A stretch of 64,000 nt of DNA from Clostridia bacterium (GCA_036659935.1 JAVXBP010000001.1:4067-68066); one strand, 5' to 3'; numbered from the stretch's first letter, positions 7,747-16,531 are shown. Notes: generated from the sequence alone by a model not told the origin. A program made the numbers and translations.

Positions 7747-8019
7747 ATGTCAATGCCAGTAATTATCCCAAGCACAACAACAAGAGAACAAGCAATAACC
7801 GACCTTATTGAGTCAGTTGCGCTCGAAGAGACAGGCTTGTCTCACATTATCAATGCGGAGGGCGAAAAAATTCAAGCGGTTGTCAAAGTTGCAAACGTTA
7901 CGCCTGCTCAATTGTTGGAAGTTAACAAATCAGTGCAGGACATGATCAAAGCTATCACAAGCCTAGAAATGGTGTTGGAAAATAAGCTTGACTTGTTCAG
8001 TCCATCGTTGAACGCATAG
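7747..8019 (+). CDS. Small hypothetical protein (90 aa) made up almost entirely of the same helical module as residues 48-113 of the upstream gene
   Basis: DLIESVALEETGLSHIINAEGEKIQ...NKSVQDMIKAITSLEMVLENKL aligns with DIIESVALEQTGISHILNTEGEKLQ...NNSVRATVEQITMLEIVLLNKL. GAGGTGA Shine-Dalgarno. No Cys. Confidence 0.75.
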   Translation: MSMPVIIPSTTTREQAITDLIESVALEETGLSHIINAEGEKIQAVVKVANVTPAQLLEVNKSVQDMIKAITSLEMVLENKLDLFSPSLNA

Positions 8020-8066
8020 GAAAAATTTGGAAATGACTACATAGGGCGTTTCCGCGAAAAAAAGAA

Positions 8067-8102
8067 AAACTACTTTGCCTTGCGGGGCAGAGTAGTTTTT
8101 TG
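8067..8102. terminator. Rho-independent terminator, bidirectional in form
   Basis: 13-bp stem AAACTACTTTGCC / GGCAGAGTAGTTT (one G-U pair), 6-nt loop, A-run before and T-run after. Confidence 0.85.
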
Positions 8103-8292
8103 TTGTAAAGTCGTGTTTTTCCAAAATGCAAAAGTGGTTTCTGGCTGTCTACACTTTGGAAAAGTTGCTTTTGTTGTTGCAAATTTTATTTTCCAAGGCG
8201 CAAGAATTTTTCTCAGCTGTCAACGCTTTTGGAAAGTTGTTGTTGAGATAATTTTCTCAACAATCAAATGTTGCCGACTGGAAAGTCACTTT

Positions 8293-9159
8293 TTATTGCA
8301 AAGCTTTTGCAATTTTTTTGTCAAGACGCGCCAGCTTTTTGTCAAGCTTTTCGCGTGGAAGCAAGCGCGCGTGCCACGGCAAAGTGTGTCCAATGGTCTC
8401 TTTGTCAAAGTCGTGTTGCAAGCCGTCGCGGACACGAACAAGTTTGAAAAGTCTCATAAAAGTCTTGTCAACGAGCAAGTTGGAAATGTTGTTCGCAAAG
8501 CCAAAGCCGTCGTGCAAGACAGCGGACGCCAATACGGCGCTTGTTTGCAAGTTGGGGTGTATGCCGTCGCCTGTCGAAAAGTTGGCGCAGGAAGCGTGTT
8601 TTTCGTTGATATAGGCGTTCATAGCGGCGTTGATATCAACAATTTTGTCAACAGACGGCGCAAGGTCAGTTCTTATCCATTCTGCATAGGCGCTCATCAC
8701 GGAGTTGTATCCGCTGTAAAGCGTGCCAATCGGGTTGTCGTCAATGACATCGGACAATGGCGTAACAGAACAAAGCGGGTCGAAAGCCGACGGAGTGCAA
8801 ACATAAATCGCGCCAACGCCACGCTCGCGCAAGCGGGTGACAAGGTTTGTCATGCCACTTTTGAAAGCAGAAAATCTTTCCTCAGAAAAACTTTTGTATA
8901 TGGCATCATTGATTCCGTACATTATTATTGCGCGGTCAATGTTGTAATAATCAAGAATTTTGTCGATGCGCATCGCAATATTTGGGCGCTCGCAAGGGTG
9001 TCCTGCTTCTGTCAAGGCGGAGGTGTTTTCGCTGCACAAGCCAATGTTGTTGATCTTGAACTCTTTTGCCGGCATATATAATCGCAAAAAGGTGTCAACA
9101 AGCGCGACATGTGTTCCTGCATCAGTTATGCTGTCTCCAATAAATAGTACATTTTCCAT
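8293..9159 (-). CDS. SGNH/GDSL-family hydrolase (esterase/lipase-like)
   Basis: True start MENVLFIGDSITDAG (GDS block I) at 9159, preceded by AGGAGG. Later YGINDA and GDGIHPN blocks. The ORF-track N-terminal extension to 9441 is rejected. Confidence 0.85.
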   Translation of the reverse strand: MENVLFIGDSITDAGTHVALVDTFLRLYMPAKEFKINNIGLCSENTSALTEAGHPCERPNIAMRIDKILDYYNIDRAIIMYGINDAIYKSFSEERFSAFKSGMTNLVTRLRERGVGAIYVCTPSAFDPLCSVTPLSDVIDDNPIGTLYSGYNSVMSAYAEWIRTDLAPSVDKIVDINAAMNAYINEKHASCANFSTGDGIHPNLQTSAVLASAVLHDGFGFANNISNLLVDKTFMRLFKLVRVRDGLQHDFDKETIGHTLPWHARLLPREKLDKKLARLDKKIAKALQ

Positions 9160-9461
9160 ACAAAGTCCTCCTGTATATATTTTAGTCCAAAAAAATGAGA
9201 AAATCAATAGTTTTTGGGCGAATTTTGACAATTTTGATTGCATATTTTGCAAAAGGTCGTTGGCAAGTGAGATTGTGTTTAAATTGTAGCCCACAAAAAG
9301 CATATATGATTGTATATTTGACAAAAGATTGTGGGCAAACGCGTTCGTGATTAAATTGTCGACAAAAAAGCATAATAATATCATATTAAACAATTTGGAA
9401 AATGTGAAATAGACTTTTTGGAAACTACACAATTCGAGCAAAGCGAATGAACTTTTGCCAC

Positions 9462-9478
9462 TTCACACAAACTTCACA
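9462..9478 (+). promoter_or_regulatory. Pho-box-like tandem repeat (TTCACA-N5-TTCACA, 11-bp phase) upstream of pstS
   Basis: TTCACACAAAC occurs twice in tandem (TTCACA at 9462-9467 and 9473-9478). This matches the Bacillus PhoP half-site TT(A/T/C)ACA spaced at one helical turn. Confidence 0.6.
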
Positions 9479-9518
9479 CAAACATTGCGCAAAGGTGGTG
9501 GTTTGGCGAAAAAAAATT

Positions 9519-9527
9519 TGTTAGAAT
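9519..9527 (+). promoter_or_regulatory. Extended -10 element TGTTAGAAT of the pst operon promoter
   Basis: TG-N-TAGAAT lies 30 nt upstream of the pstS ATG. No good -35, as expected for an activator-dependent promoter. Confidence 0.5.
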
Positions 9528-9556
9528 GAAGTTACAAAAGGAAAAGGAGAACGAAA

Positions 9557-10441
9557 ATGAAAAAAAGAAGTATTCTTGCAATAAGCATTGCCTTGTTGCT
9601 AGCGCTTGCCACAGTGGGGCTGTCGGCGTGCAAAGGCGCAAGTTTTGATGCAAACAAAAACATTAGCGTGGTCGCGAGAGAGGACGGAAGCGGCACGAAA
9701 TCAGCCTTTATGGAAATCGTTGGGCTCAAAGGAAAAAGCGATATAAAGGGCATTATCATTGGCACAGGCACGGCGGGAGTGCTCGCGGAAGTCAAAGGCA
9801 ACCCACAAGCAATCGCTTATGAAAGTCTTGGCTATGTCACAGCCGACGTCAAAAAGTTGACGGTAGAAGGCAAGGAAGCCAACACCGCGAATATCAAAGA
9901 CGGCAGTTACAAAATCGCTCGTCCGCTCAACATTTTGTTCAAACAAGAGACATTGAACAACACTCTCAACAAGGCGTTCTATGACTTTCTTGCGAGCAAA
10001 ACCGCTCAAGATATAATCACAGAAAACGGCTATGTCAGCACAAAAGACAACGCTCCAACATACAACTTGCAAGCAGGTCTCAAGGGGACGATTGACATCA
10101 GCGGAAGCACTTCTCTGCAACCTTTGATGATTGTTCTCGCTCAAAAGTTCGAAGATATCCAGAGCGGAGTCAGCATTACTGTCAGCGGTGGCGGAAGTGG
10201 CACAGGCTACAAAAACGCAAACGACGGAGTGAGCGACTTTGGAATGATATCAGAAGAATTCAATCAATCGAAAGCTCCAAATTGCTCGAGCCAAGAAGTG
10301 GCGAAAGACGGCATCGCAATCATTGTCAACAAGAAAAATCCTATCACAAACATCACGCTTGCCGATATCAAAGCAATCTACAACGCGGAGCAACCAGCCG
10401 ACAGCAAGATTGTCACTTGGTCTCAAATAGGTAACAAATGA
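9557..10441 (+). CDS. pstS: Phosphate ABC transporter substrate-binding lipoprotein PstS (domain order appears circularly permuted)
   Basis: Lipobox LATVGLSAC. Both SGSTSLQPL...GGGSGTG and VAREDGSGT...AIAYESLGY blocks of the PstS family are present. First gene of pstSCAB-phoU. Confidence 0.85.
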   Translation: MKKRSILAISIALLLALATVGLSACKGASFDANKNISVVAREDGSGTKSAFMEIVGLKGKSDIKGIIIGTGTAGVLAEVKGNPQAIAYESLGYVTADVKKLTVEGKEANTANIKDGSYKIARPLNILFKQETLNNTLNKAFYDFLASKTAQDIITENGYVSTKDNAPTYNLQAGLKGTIDISGSTSLQPLMIVLAQKFEDIQSGVSITVSGGGSGTGYKNANDGVSDFGMISEEFNQSKAPNCSSQEVAKDGIAIIVNKKNPITNITLADIKAIYNAEQPADSKIVTWSQIGNK

Positions 10442-11520
10442 AATCTTCGCCGAAATATATAAACGCGAGAGAAGGGGTGATGAAAGGAGTTTTTCTCCTT
10501 TCCGCCGTCTTTTCAATTTTTGCGCTTGTCGCGATAACGGTGTTTCTATTTGCGAGTGGAGCGCCGTTTATCGCGCGTATTGGCATTGGCAAGTTTCTGT
10601 TTGGCACGACGTGGGCGCCGCTTGCGACAAGCCCGAGTTACGGCATATTGTCAATGATTGTGGCGACACTCTATGTGACGGCGCTTGCGGTTTTGTTGGG
10701 GGTTGGCGTGGGGCTTTTCTCGGCGATATGTCTCTATAAGTTTTGCCCAAAAAAGCTTGTCGCTCCAATAAGGCAAATGGTCAATCTTTTGGCTGGCATT
10801 CCGTCAGTAATTTTCGGACTGTTTGGACTGTCGGTCATTGTGCCTTTTATCAGAGATTATTTGTCGCCAAACGGCGTGGGCTATGGAATTCTTTCGGCGA
10901 GCGTAGTGCTTGGCATTATGATATTGCCGACGATTGTCAGCGTTAGCCTTGACGCGATGAAAAGTGTGCCAGAAAGCTACTACGAGGGAGCGCTGGCGCT
11001 TGGAGCGACAAAGGAACAAGCGACATTCAAGGTTATGTTGCCGAGCGCAAAAAGCGGAATTTTCGCAGGTGTTACGCTTGCGATTGGGCGAGCGGTTGGC
11101 GAGACTATGGCGGTGATTATGGTCATCGGTGGCAGTCCAGAAATGCCGAATAGCATTTTCCAAAGCGTGCGCACGTTGACCGCGAACATAGCGATGGGCG
11201 CGACGGAGTTGTCGGGCGACGCGCTGTCGGCGTTGATAGCGTCGGGAGTGGTGTTGTTTGTGTTTACGCTGTTGCTCAATATGAGTTTTGCCGCGCTCAA
11301 AAATGGCAAAAAAGAGAAAAAAGAAAAACACAGCAAGAACAAAAACTCACAAGAAAAGTCGGACAATATGGTGGGAAAAAGCCAAAAACTCAATACAGGT
11401 CGCACAAATGGCGATGAGACAAACAATATGCAAGCAGTTGAAGGCTTGGAAAATGTTGCAAAAGACGTGACGAGAAAAGGCGGAAATTTGTCAAAGGAGA
11501 TTGCAAATGCAAAAGATTGA
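10438..11520 (+). CDS. pstC: Phosphate ABC transporter permease PstC with a ~75-aa hydrophilic C-terminal extension
   Basis: Six hydrophobic segments. LLAGIPSVIFGLFGL and EGALALGATKEQATFKVMLP motifs. ATGA overlap with the pstS stop. An alternative start at 10480 is possible. Confidence 0.85.
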   Translation: MKSSPKYINAREGVMKGVFLLSAVFSIFALVAITVFLFASGAPFIARIGIGKFLFGTTWAPLATSPSYGILSMIVATLYVTALAVLLGVGVGLFSAICLYKFCPKKLVAPIRQMVNLLAGIPSVIFGLFGLSVIVPFIRDYLSPNGVGYGILSASVVLGIMILPTIVSVSLDAMKSVPESYYEGALALGATKEQATFKVMLPSAKSGIFAGVTLAIGRAVGETMAVIMVIGGSPEMPNSIFQSVRTLTANIAMGATELSGDALSALIASGVVLFVFTLLLNMSFAALKNGKKEKKEKHSKNKNSQEKSDNMVGKSQKLNTGRTNGDETNNMQAVEGLENVAKDVTRKGGNLSKEIANAKD

Positions 11521-12397
11521 CGACGAGCAAAACACAACTAATGTTGTGGTAAAAAGAAAAAGTAAGAGTGGTCAAAGGGCGGTTTTTTCTTCTTTGAAAT
11601 GGTTTTCTGTCGCGACAACAGTCATCGCTATGATTGCGCTCGTGGGAGTGATTGTCTTTATTGTCGCAAACGGCGTGGACAAAATTACGCCACAATTGTT
11701 GTGGGGAAAATATGGCAAGTATCCGTCAATTTTGCCGGCGCTGTCGGGGACGATTCAACTCGTGTTGGTCTCTATCGCGATAGCTGGCCCGATTGGCATT
11801 GCGAGCGCAATTTTCCTTGTGGAATATACAAACAACAAGGGCAGGTTCGTCCGCGCGATAAGAATTGCGACGGAGACGCTGGCTGGCATTCCGAGCATAG
11901 TGTATGGTCTTTTTGGCTATCTTGTTTTTGTGGTGTCGTTCGGGTGGGGCTATTCTTTGCTCGGTGGCGGACTTACGCTTGCGATAATGATTTTGCCAGT
12001 GATTGTGCGCTCGACGGAAGAAAGCTTGTTGTCCGTGCCACAAAACTTTCGCGAAGGGGCTTATGCCTTGGGAACAAGCAAAGTCAGAACAATTTTTCGT
12101 GTAATTTTGCCGAGCGCGAGCGGTGGCATTGTCACGGCGCTCATTCTTGCAATCGGGCGCGTTGTGTCAGAAAGCGCGGTGCTTATTTTGACAATCGGAA
12201 TGGTCGTCAACAAAATGCCATCGTCGATTATGTCGCCTGGCACAAGCCTTGCGCTGGACGTATACTACTTTGGCAGTCACGGCTATCCTGATGAGGCTGC
12301 CGCAACGGCGGTGGTGCTGCTTGTTTTTGTAATAGCAATCAATTGCGTGGCAGGCTTGCTCGGCAAGTTTCTCAAAAAAGGAATTGGCGAAAAATAA
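11501..12397 (+). CDS. pstA: Phosphate ABC transporter permease PstA
   Basis: ETLAGIPSIVYGLFGY and EGAYALGTSKVRTIFRVILP motifs. AAGGAG Shine-Dalgarno. Overlaps the pstC tail by 20 nt. Confidence 0.9.
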   Translation: MQMQKIDDEQNTTNVVVKRKSKSGQRAVFSSLKWFSVATTVIAMIALVGVIVFIVANGVDKITPQLLWGKYGKYPSILPALSGTIQLVLVSIAIAGPIGIASAIFLVEYTNNKGRFVRAIRIATETLAGIPSIVYGLFGYLVFVVSFGWGYSLLGGGLTLAIMILPVIVRSTEESLLSVPQNFREGAYALGTSKVRTIFRVILPSASGGIVTALILAIGRVVSESAVLILTIGMVVNKMPSSIMSPGTSLALDVYYFGSHGYPDEAAATAVVLLVFVIAINCVAGLLGKFLKKGIGEK

Positions 12398-12519
12398 AAG
12401 CGCTTGCGAAAAAGCGTTGAAGTATAGAAAGGCGAATACAAATTGATATTACAATATAACAAAAACAATAAAATATTCAGCAGTGGCGAATGACAACGCA
12501 AGACACAGAAAGGAGAAAA

Positions 12520-13290
12520 ATGAAAGAATTTGATAGCAAAATGGATATTTCCGCAAAGAATTGCAACTTGTTTTACGGCGAATTCCAAGCGTTGAAAAAT
12601 ATCAATATCGACATAAAAGAAAAGGAAGTTACGGCTTTTATTGGACCGTCAGGTTGTGGAAAGTCCACCTTTCTCAAGATTTTTAACAGAATGAACGACC
12701 TTGTCGAAGGGTGCAAAATATTGGGCGAATATACGATTGGCGGAGTTGATATCTTTGCCAAAGACACAGACGTCAACCTTTTGCGCAAGAATGTCGGAAT
12801 GGTTTTCCAGAAGCCTAATCCATTTCCGATGAGCATTTATGACAATATCGCCTTTGCGCCAAGAACTTTTGGAATCAACAAGAAAGCCGACCTTGACGAG
12901 ATTGTTGAGAGCAGTCTTGTCAAAGCGAGCATTTGGAATGAGGTCAAAGACAGGCTCAAAAAAAGCGCGCTTGGCATTTCTGGCGGACAACAACAGCGCT
13001 TGTGCATTGCTCGCGCGCTTGCCGCCGACCCGAGAATTTTGCTTATGGACGAGCCAACGTCGGCGCTTGACCCGATATCGACAGGCAAGATAGAAGAACT
13101 TGTGAGCGAATTGAGAAACGAACTCACGATAATAATCGTCACGCACAATATGCAACAAGCGACGAGAATCGCCGACAAAACAGCGTTTTTTCTGCTCGGA
13201 GAGATTATCGAATTTGACAAAACGGAAAACATTTTTAGCTGTCCAAGGGACACGCGCACAGAAAATTATATCACCGGAAGATTTGGTTGA
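12520..13290 (+). CDS. pstB: Phosphate ABC transporter ATP-binding protein PstB
   Basis: Start MKEFDSK preceded by AAAGGAG. Walker [10 protein letters not shown], signature [15 protein letters not shown], Walker [13 protein letters not shown]. Confidence 0.95.
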   Translation: MKEFDSKMDISAKNCNLFYGEFQALKNINIDIKEKEVTAFIGPSGCGKSTFLKIFNRMNDLVEGCKILGEYTIGGVDIFAKDTDVNLLRKNVGMVFQKPNPFPMSIYDNIAFAPRTFGINKKADLDEIVESSLVKASIWNEVKDRLKKSALGISGGQQQRLCIARALAADPRILLMDEPTSALDPISTGKIEELVSELRNELTIIIVTHNMQQATRIADKTAFFLLGEIIEFDKTENIFSCPRDTRTENYITGRFG

Positions 13291-13338
13291 GAATATTTTG
13301 GAAAAAACAGCCAAATTTTAAGGAAAAAGGAGTATATT

Positions 13339-13992
13339 ATGAGTATAAGAATAAAATATGAAAAAGAACTCGTCGACGTCTATAACAAATTGATATCAAT
13401 GTGCAAACAAACTGAGTTGGCGATAGAAAAGTCAATCAACGCGCTTGTTATTCAAGACAAAGAATTGTCCAAAGAAGTCATTGCCGACGACAAAATTGTT
13501 GACAACTTCGAAAGGGAGATTGAGCAAGACTGTCTCAAAATTTTGCTTATGGAACACCCCGTCGCAAAGGACTTTCGAGAAGTGAGCGCCGCGCTCAAAA
13601 TGATAACGGACTTGGAAAGAATTGCCGACCAAGCGAGCGATATATCAGAGATTGCGTTGCAGTTTGGCGAAGAAAAGTATATCAAAAAGCTCGAGCATAT
13701 TCCGCTTATGGCGAACCTTGCGATTGGAATGGTTCAGGACGGCGTGCACAGTTATATCAATCGCGACCTTGAGCTCGCGCGCGGGCTCGACAAACGCGAC
13801 GACCTTGTGGACGAATATTTCGAGATAATCAAAGCCGACCTGATAGCGTTGATAAAGCAAGACGGCAAAAACGCCGACCAAGCGATATTGTTTATGATGA
13901 TAGCCAAATATCTTGAACGCATTGGCGACCACGCGGTAAATATTGGCGAGTGGGTAGAATACGCTATCACGGGATATCACGCGCAAAGTTGA
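13339..13992 (+). CDS. phoU: Phosphate signalling/transport regulator PhoU
   Basis: 217 aa with two PhoU repeats (DLERIADQASDI and YLERIGDHAVNI). Directly follows pstB. Confidence 0.9.
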   Translation: MSIRIKYEKELVDVYNKLISMCKQTELAIEKSINALVIQDKELSKEVIADDKIVDNFEREIEQDCLKILLMEHPVAKDFREVSAALKMITDLERIADQASDISEIALQFGEEKYIKKLEHIPLMANLAIGMVQDGVHSYINRDLELARGLDKRDDLVDEYFEIIKADLIALIKQDGKNADQAILFMMIAKYLERIGDHAVNIGEWVEYAITGYHAQS

Positions 13993-14108
13993 ATGTCGTG
14001 TCGATAAAATAAAAAACATTAAAAGTAGCGCTATATGTCGCGTAAAACATCGCTTTGCAACTTTGTTCGACGCGAAAATGTCAACGAAAAAGGGAGAAAA
14101 GGGAGAGA

Positions 14109-14798
14109 ATGGAAAGAATGGAAAGAAGAAAAATATTTGCCGTTGATGACGAGGACTCTATCAGAGAGTTATATTCTTGCGCGCTCGAGGGGGCGGACTT
14201 CGAGACAAAGTGCTTCGAGAATGGCGACTTGCTTTTTTCCGCGCTGCAAAGTCAATCGCCCGACCTTATCATTCTTGACATTATGTTGGACGGAATGGAC
14301 GGCTACAAAATTTTGGCAAAGCTCAAGCAAGACACGCGCTTCGAGAATATCCCAGTGATAATGGTGTCGGCAAAAGGCGAGGAGATTAACAAGGTCAAGG
14401 GGCTTAACCTTGGCGCGGACGATTATCTTGCAAAGCCCTTTGGAGTGCTCGAACTTATCGCTCGCGTCAAAGCAAATCTCAGAAAGCTTGCCAAAAATTC
14501 TTCGCCACAAAATTGTTACAAAGATATCAACATTGACGAAAATTTGCACAAAATTTCGATAAAAAACGAGTGCGCAAAGCTTACGCTCAAAGAATATAAT
14601 TTGTTGAAGTTGCTTGTCGAAAACGCAGGCAAAACGCTCGACAGAGACGCAATTCTCAATGCCATTTGGGGGGAAGATTATGTGGGCGACACGCGCACGC
14701 TTGACACGCATATCAAAGACTTGCGCAAAGTGTTGTCAGAAAAAGAAAGCGATGTTGTCATATCAACAATCAGAGGAGTGGGGTTTTTGTTGGAATGA
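14109..14798 (+). CDS. phoP: OmpR/PhoB-family response regulator (PhoP-like by context)
   Basis: Receiver domain (IFAVDDEDSIRE...LIILDIMLDGMDG...KP) plus a winged-helix output (LTLKEYNLLKLL...RGVGFLL). Start is ambiguous between ATG 14109 and ATG 14118 within a duplicated AATGGAAAG word. Confidence 0.8.
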   Translation: MERMERRKIFAVDDEDSIRELYSCALEGADFETKCFENGDLLFSALQSQSPDLIILDIMLDGMDGYKILAKLKQDTRFENIPVIMVSAKGEEINKVKGLNLGADDYLAKPFGVLELIARVKANLRKLAKNSSPQNCYKDINIDENLHKISIKNECAKLTLKEYNLLKLLVENAGKTLDRDAILNAIWGEDYVGDTRTLDTHIKDLRKVLSEKESDVVISTIRGVGFLLE

Positions 14799-16486
14799 AA
14801 AAACGATTAATAATTTTTAATGTGACGGTCACCACGTTGGCGCTTGTGCTTATGTTTGTGGCGGGACTGTTTATCACTCGCAAGAACAACAACGAGCAAG
14901 CCGAACGCAACCTTATCAATTTGGCGCAGGTCTATGCCGAGACATATTCTGGCAACGCTCAACTTGTCGAGATTGACCAAAACATTCGCGTTACGATTGT
15001 GGCTGCCGACGGCAAAGTTGTCGCGGACAGCAAGCAAGTTGACGTTTCCGCATTGGAAAACCACTTGCAACGGCAAGAAATTCAATCGGCGTTGGCTGGC
15101 AAGTCAAGCATTGCGCGCAGATATAGCGCGACGCTCGGCGCGGATATGATGTATTACGCGCTCAAAGTTCCGACAGCGGACAGCTTTGTTTTTGTCAGAG
15201 TCGCGATGCCTGTCGCAACAATAAATGACTTTGCAACGCAAACAATTCCTTATACAATTTTGATTATGGCGGTGGCGATTGGCTTGACGGTGGTGGTGAG
15301 CATAGTTTTCGGCAGATATTCTATCAAACCGCTCGCGACTGTCAGAAACAGTTTGCAAGCGATAAATGATGCGGAATTCAAGCCTATTATCGCGACGTCA
15401 AAGGACAAAGAAGTCAATCAGATTCTTGTGGAAATCAGCGCGATAAGCGAGAAAGTTCAACAAAATCTTTGCGAACAAATTGAGCAAGAAGAAAAGCTCG
15501 ATTATATTCTTGACAACATATCCGACGGCGTCGTCGTGGTCAATCCGCAAGGCATTGTTCAACTTATCAACGGCAAGGCAAGACATATTTTCGACGTGAC
15601 AAATTCAATCGTCGGCAAGACTGCCAACTGTCTCACTTTCGACCAAGCGTTCACGGACAACTTGTTCGCAAGCGTGACAAAAGGGCAAAATACGCTTTTT
15701 GAAAGTCAGCTCAACAAGTCAATCTATCTTTGCAGCGCAAAATATATGTCGGACGACAGCAAAATGACAATTCTTGTAATGACGGATATCACCGTTACGC
15801 GCAACAATGAGAAGTTGAGAAGTGAATTTTTTGCAAACGCAAGCCACGAGCTCAAGACTCCGCTTACGTCGATAAAGGGCTTCAACGAGCTTGTCCAACT
15901 CTCCAACGGGGACAAAAAACTCGACCCTTATATCGCTCAAATCGCCAAAGAGTCCAACAGAATGCTCACGCTGATTGACGATATGTTGAGATTGTCCAAT
16001 CTCGAAAACAAAGTCGAACTCGAAAAAAGCAAGGTCGACGTCGCAAGCGTTGCGCAAGACGTAATAAGCACCTTGCAACCGCTTGCAAAAGAAAAGAATA
16101 TCACGGTCGCGACGAGCGGGCAGGGCAGCGTGTTTGCCGAGCAAGAACATATCTATGACCTTGTCAAAAACCTTGTCGAAAACGCAATCAAATATAACAA
16201 TGTCGGCGGAAAGGTTGACGTCAAAATTGCCGAAGGAAGAAACAATCTCACAATTGAAGTGTCGGACAACGGCATTGGAATTGACAGCAAGCATCAGGCG
16301 AGAATTTTCGAAAGATTCTATCGCGTGGAAAAAAGTCGCTCAAGAGAAACAGGTGGCACTGGGCTTGGACTGGCGATTGTGAAGCATATCGCGGAACTCT
16401 ATAAGGCGGAGCTGTCAATCAAGAGCAAAGTCGGAGTTGGCACTGTCATCAAAGTTGTGTTCAATACGCAATCAATATTGCAGTAA
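14795..16486 (+). CDS. phoR: Sensor histidine kinase (PhoR-like by context)
   Basis: Two N-terminal transmembrane segments. H-box FFANASHELKTPLTSIKGF. ATPase boxes ENAIKYN, DNGIGI, GGTGLGLAIVK. ATGA overlap with the regulator gene. Confidence 0.85.
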   Translation: MKKRLIIFNVTVTTLALVLMFVAGLFITRKNNNEQAERNLINLAQVYAETYSGNAQLVEIDQNIRVTIVAADGKVVADSKQVDVSALENHLQRQEIQSALAGKSSIARRYSATLGADMMYYALKVPTADSFVFVRVAMPVATINDFATQTIPYTILIMAVAIGLTVVVSIVFGRYSIKPLATVRNSLQAINDAEFKPIIATSKDKEVNQILVEISAISEKVQQNLCEQIEQEEKLDYILDNISDGVVVVNPQGIVQLINGKARHIFDVTNSIVGKTANCLTFDQAFTDNLFASVTKGQNTLFESQLNKSIYLCSAKYMSDDSKMTILVMTDITVTRNNEKLRSEFFANASHELKTPLTSIKGFNELVQLSNGDKKLDPYIAQIAKESNRMLTLIDDMLRLSNLENKVELEKSKVDVASVAQDVISTLQPLAKEKNITVATSGQGSVFAEQEHIYDLVKNLVENAIKYNNVGGKVDVKIAEGRNNLTIEVSDNGIGIDSKHQARIFERFYRVEKSRSRETGGTGLGLAIVKHIAELYKAELSIKSKVGVGTVIKVVFNTQSILQ

Positions 16487-16500
16487 AATTACAAATGCAA

Positions 16501-16531
16501 AAAAGTCGGCTCGCAATGAGCCGACTTTTTT
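16501..16531. terminator. Bidirectional rho-independent terminator shared by convergent phoR and the YitT-family gene
   Basis: 8-bp GC-rich stem GTCGGCTC / GAGCCGAC, 5-nt loop, A-run upstream and T6 downstream. Confidence 0.9.

Noticed and set aside
8080-9081. 333-codon plus-strand ORF opposite the SGNH hydrolase gene
   Set aside because: This is the same codon-aligned antisense shadow effect (phase checked). It has no Shine-Dalgarno and no motifs, while the minus-strand product has GDS, G, GxND and DxxH SGNH blocks.
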